Assembly: GCA_033648345.1 (NCBI GenBank)
Contig: GCA_033648345.1_4121.1
Source of the DNA: a phage
Reading direction: 5' to 3' (one strand)
Length of the DNA: 64,000 bases
How positions within the stretch are numbered: position 1 is the stretch's first letter; the number at the start of each line of letters is the position of its first letter. The notes beneath the pieces were generated by a model. It was not told where the DNA came from, made no database searches, and saw only the letters and a list, made by a program, of their open reading frames with translations. Shown here one piece after another: positions 59,503 through 64,000 of the stretch. A program made the translations under genes and the position numbers.

Positions 59503-60846
59503 ATGATGAGTAAAATCAAGCTTACGGATAAGCAACAAGAAATTTTTGATAATTTTGTAGATCGTGTTTATAATTATGCAGGTAAAACTATATCTGTACT
59601 GTCAGCACCAGCGGGTACAGGTAAAACTTTCACTACTGCTGAGATTGTTAAAGCACTATGTAAAAATTACAATATTGCAGTAACATCGCCAACACACAAG
59701 GCAAACTCTGTTATTCGCAATATGCTAATCAACAATGCTGGGTTAACTAAAGAAGATGCACAGGTTAGTACTATTCACTCATTTCTAGGTTTAAAACTAG
59801 TATATGAAAAGAATCGTCAAGTACTGAAGCATGACCCACAAAGTAAAGTTAGTAATACTAATGTTGATATTCTAATTGTCGATGAATGTAGTATGATTTC
59901 AGAAGAACTGTTTCAACACATTCAGGATCAATTGTGGCGTGTTCGCCGAGCGGTTTTATTCATCGGTGATCGCTGTCAGTTGCCTCCAGTTGAATCAGAA
60001 GGAACAATAGGAGAAACTAAGCTTTCCCCTACTTTTGATGTTCCAGTACAATATGAATTAACAGAAGTTTTACGTCAAGCGTTGGATAACCCTATACTTG
60101 CAATTGCAACTGCAATTCGTGAGTGTATAGGTACTTCCAAGAACCCGTTTGATATTATGCACCAGACACATGGTTTGAGTACTATTACACCAATTGAAGA
60201 TGAAGATCTTTTCTTGGAAGTTTACCGTGAATTTATTATGGAGAACAAAGGTTCAGCTAAGAAGATATTTGATTTTGTTAATGAAAATAAAATTTTGGCA
60301 TACACTAACTACCGTGTGAACTTGGCTAACATCTACATTCGTAGCCAATTGTTCGAAGTACCAGATGAATTCACAAAAGGTGAACCGATTGTCTTTGAAA
60401 GCATCACTGAGAACAGTCCATATGTGGTTCAGCAAATCATCCAATGTCCTGATGTGAAAACCGAAAGTTTCATGGGTATTGATTGTTGGCAATTCCGTTT
60501 ACCAAATGGTAGCTACATCTTAGGTGTAGGACCAGAAACGAGAATTGCAATGGAAGCTAAACTCGATGAACTAGTTAAAAACATTGAGAAAAAAGAAATC
60601 AACCCATTGACAAAGAAACCATATATGTGGCAAGATTACTATGTGATTAAAAACAAATTACATATTATCAACTATCCTTATGCAACAACTGTTCACAAAT
60701 CACAAGGAAGTACATTCGATAACATCTGGTTTGATACTGATTTTATTGAGCGTATTGGCACTAATGATACAAAATGTAGAATCCTATATACTGCAATGAC
60801 ACGACCGCGTTATAATGTTATGTTGCGTCAAAATGCACGATTCTAA
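59503..60846 (+). CDS. dda: Dda-like SF1B DNA helicase
   Basis: Walker A APAGTGKT, Walker B LIVDECSM, C-terminal VHKSQGSTFD and TAMTRPRYN. Confidence 0.85.
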   Translation: MMSKIKLTDKQQEIFDNFVDRVYNYAGKTISVLSAPAGTGKTFTTAEIVKALCKNYNIAVTSPTHKANSVIRNMLINNAGLTKEDAQVSTIHSFLGLKLVYEKNRQVLKHDPQSKVSNTNVDILIVDECSMISEELFQHIQDQLWRVRRAVLFIGDRCQLPPVESEGTIGETKLSPTFDVPVQYELTEVLRQALDNPILAIATAIRECIGTSKNPFDIMHQTHGLSTITPIEDEDLFLEVYREFIMENKGSAKKIFDFVNENKILAYTNYRVNLANIYIRSQLFEVPDEFTKGEPIVFESITENSPYVVQQIIQCPDVKTESFMGIDCWQFRLPNGSYILGVGPETRIAMEAKLDELVKNIEKKEINPLTKKPYMWQDYYVIKNKLHIINYPYATTVHKSQGSTFDNIWFDTDFIERIGTNDTKCRILYTAMTRPRYNVMLRQNARF

Positions 60847-60929
60847 TAGACTAAATGATATACACAAATAATTTTGATTCTTAACAATAAATAATCAAAA
60901 GTGTTTTGTATTATGGAGAAGAATATACA

Positions 60930-61496
60930 ATGAACAATTTACTACAAGTATTCAAAATTGAAGTTGCAGGGACAAATCTAGATAATATTCCTTATTATAT
61001 GTATGAAGATTATGATTCATCTTCCCCAACAACTGCACCAACCGACCAACAAACAATTGACAAGTCTGTAGCACTACTACGTTACCTACAGGTTACACGT
61101 CTACTATCAACATATTCTGTTCCAGTGTATTGTACTGTTGAATTTGCTACCCCAGGCACAGCAGCAACTATTCCAACTGGTGCAACCATCAATGTTGGTT
61201 ATATCAGCTACGAGCCATTCCTAAGCACTCTAAGTGTTGAAGAACAAGCTGCACTAACCACTGTTGATCTTAAAACTGCTAAAGCAGCAGAAGTTATTCA
61301 AGAGTTGCTAAACGAATCCCTAAAAGGTGACGGTACTAACGCAATTGAGAATGAAGAAATTTCTGTTCAGAAAACAATCCAACGTGTTAAAGATGCACTA
61401 TCTACCACCACTGTTGATTTCATTGAGTACGAGAATGTGTACCTAAACGTACCTTCTATTACTGATGCTTCTGTAGTTTCTTACGTAAAATTATAA
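60930..61496 (+). CDS. hypothetical protein
   Basis: ATG 60930 after GGAGAAG. Confidence 0.4.
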   Translation: MNNLLQVFKIEVAGTNLDNIPYYMYEDYDSSSPTTAPTDQQTIDKSVALLRYLQVTRLLSTYSVPVYCTVEFATPGTAATIPTGATINVGYISYEPFLSTLSVEEQAALTTVDLKTAKAAEVIQELLNESLKGDGTNAIENEEISVQKTIQRVKDALSTTTVDFIEYENVYLNVPSITDASVVSYVKL

Positions 61497-61519
61497 TTTA
61501 ACCACATGGAGTTCTTGAC

Positions 61520-61714
61520 ATGACTGACAAAACCTTTTATGATCGTATTATTGAAGACAAGGGTGTTTTCGATAAAGTTGTTTATGACTTAGAACTTATG
61601 ATCAAAGACGCACCAAATCCACGCGTGCGTACTCAAGCAGAGTTTGCTAAAACTTATCTAGTGCAAGTTCAAGCAATCTGTGAAGCAATTAAAAAACATA
61701 ATGATAGTGCTTGA
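61520..61714 (+). CDS. hypothetical small protein
   Basis: 64-aa ORF; stop overlaps -35 of downstream promoter. Confidence 0.4.
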   Translation: MTDKTFYDRIIEDKGVFDKVVYDLELMIKDAPNPRVRTQAEFAKTYLVQVQAICEAIKKHNDSA

Positions 61715-61739
61715 CAGAACATTAGTTCTTAACTATAAT
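61711..61739 (+). promoter_or_regulatory. consensus sigma70 promoter TTGACA-17-TATAAT upstream of IF3 homolog
   Basis: ttgacagaacattagttcttaactataat. Confidence 0.65.
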
Positions 61740-61783
61740 TACTATCGAATTGAACATTAAAACCATATCGGAGCTTTTATTAC

Positions 61784-62846
<1,063 letters not shown>

Positions 62847-62858
62847 CAGTATATAACC

Positions 62859-64000
<1,142 letters not shown>

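Overview
This window reads as a densely packed, low-GC genome segment from a T4-like (T-even-type) myovirus, but with gene order that departs strongly from T4. All calls rest on reading the six-frame translations against remembered family motifs; no database search was run. Recognisable T4-type genes include the late sigma factor gp55, recombination nuclease gp47/gp46, portal gp20, prohead protease gp21, scaffold gp22, major capsid protein gp23, DNA polymerase gp43, clamp gp45, RNase H, large terminase gp17, gp32, UvsX, UvsW, primase gp61, helicase gp41, NrdA/NrdB, Frd and Dda. Among these sit several unexpected genes: a full-length translation initiation factor IF3 homolog next to a ClpS-like adaptor and a KTSC-domain protein, a 212-aa protein carrying DnaE (Pol III alpha) palm motifs, two T5orf172/GIY-YIG-like genes inserted after the capsid gene, and a GroES-like co-chaperonin. 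Two genes appear interrupted by a frame change: the large terminase at its Walker A motif, and one copy of a membrane-anchored paralog pair. An ~830 bp ORF-free, GC-enriched region (5409-6244) with its own promoter and terminator is a candidate structured RNA locus. No tRNA, rRNA or CRISPR array was recognised. Printed coordinates disagree with the ORF track by 1 nt in places, so regulatory-site positions are approximate (+/- 2 nt).
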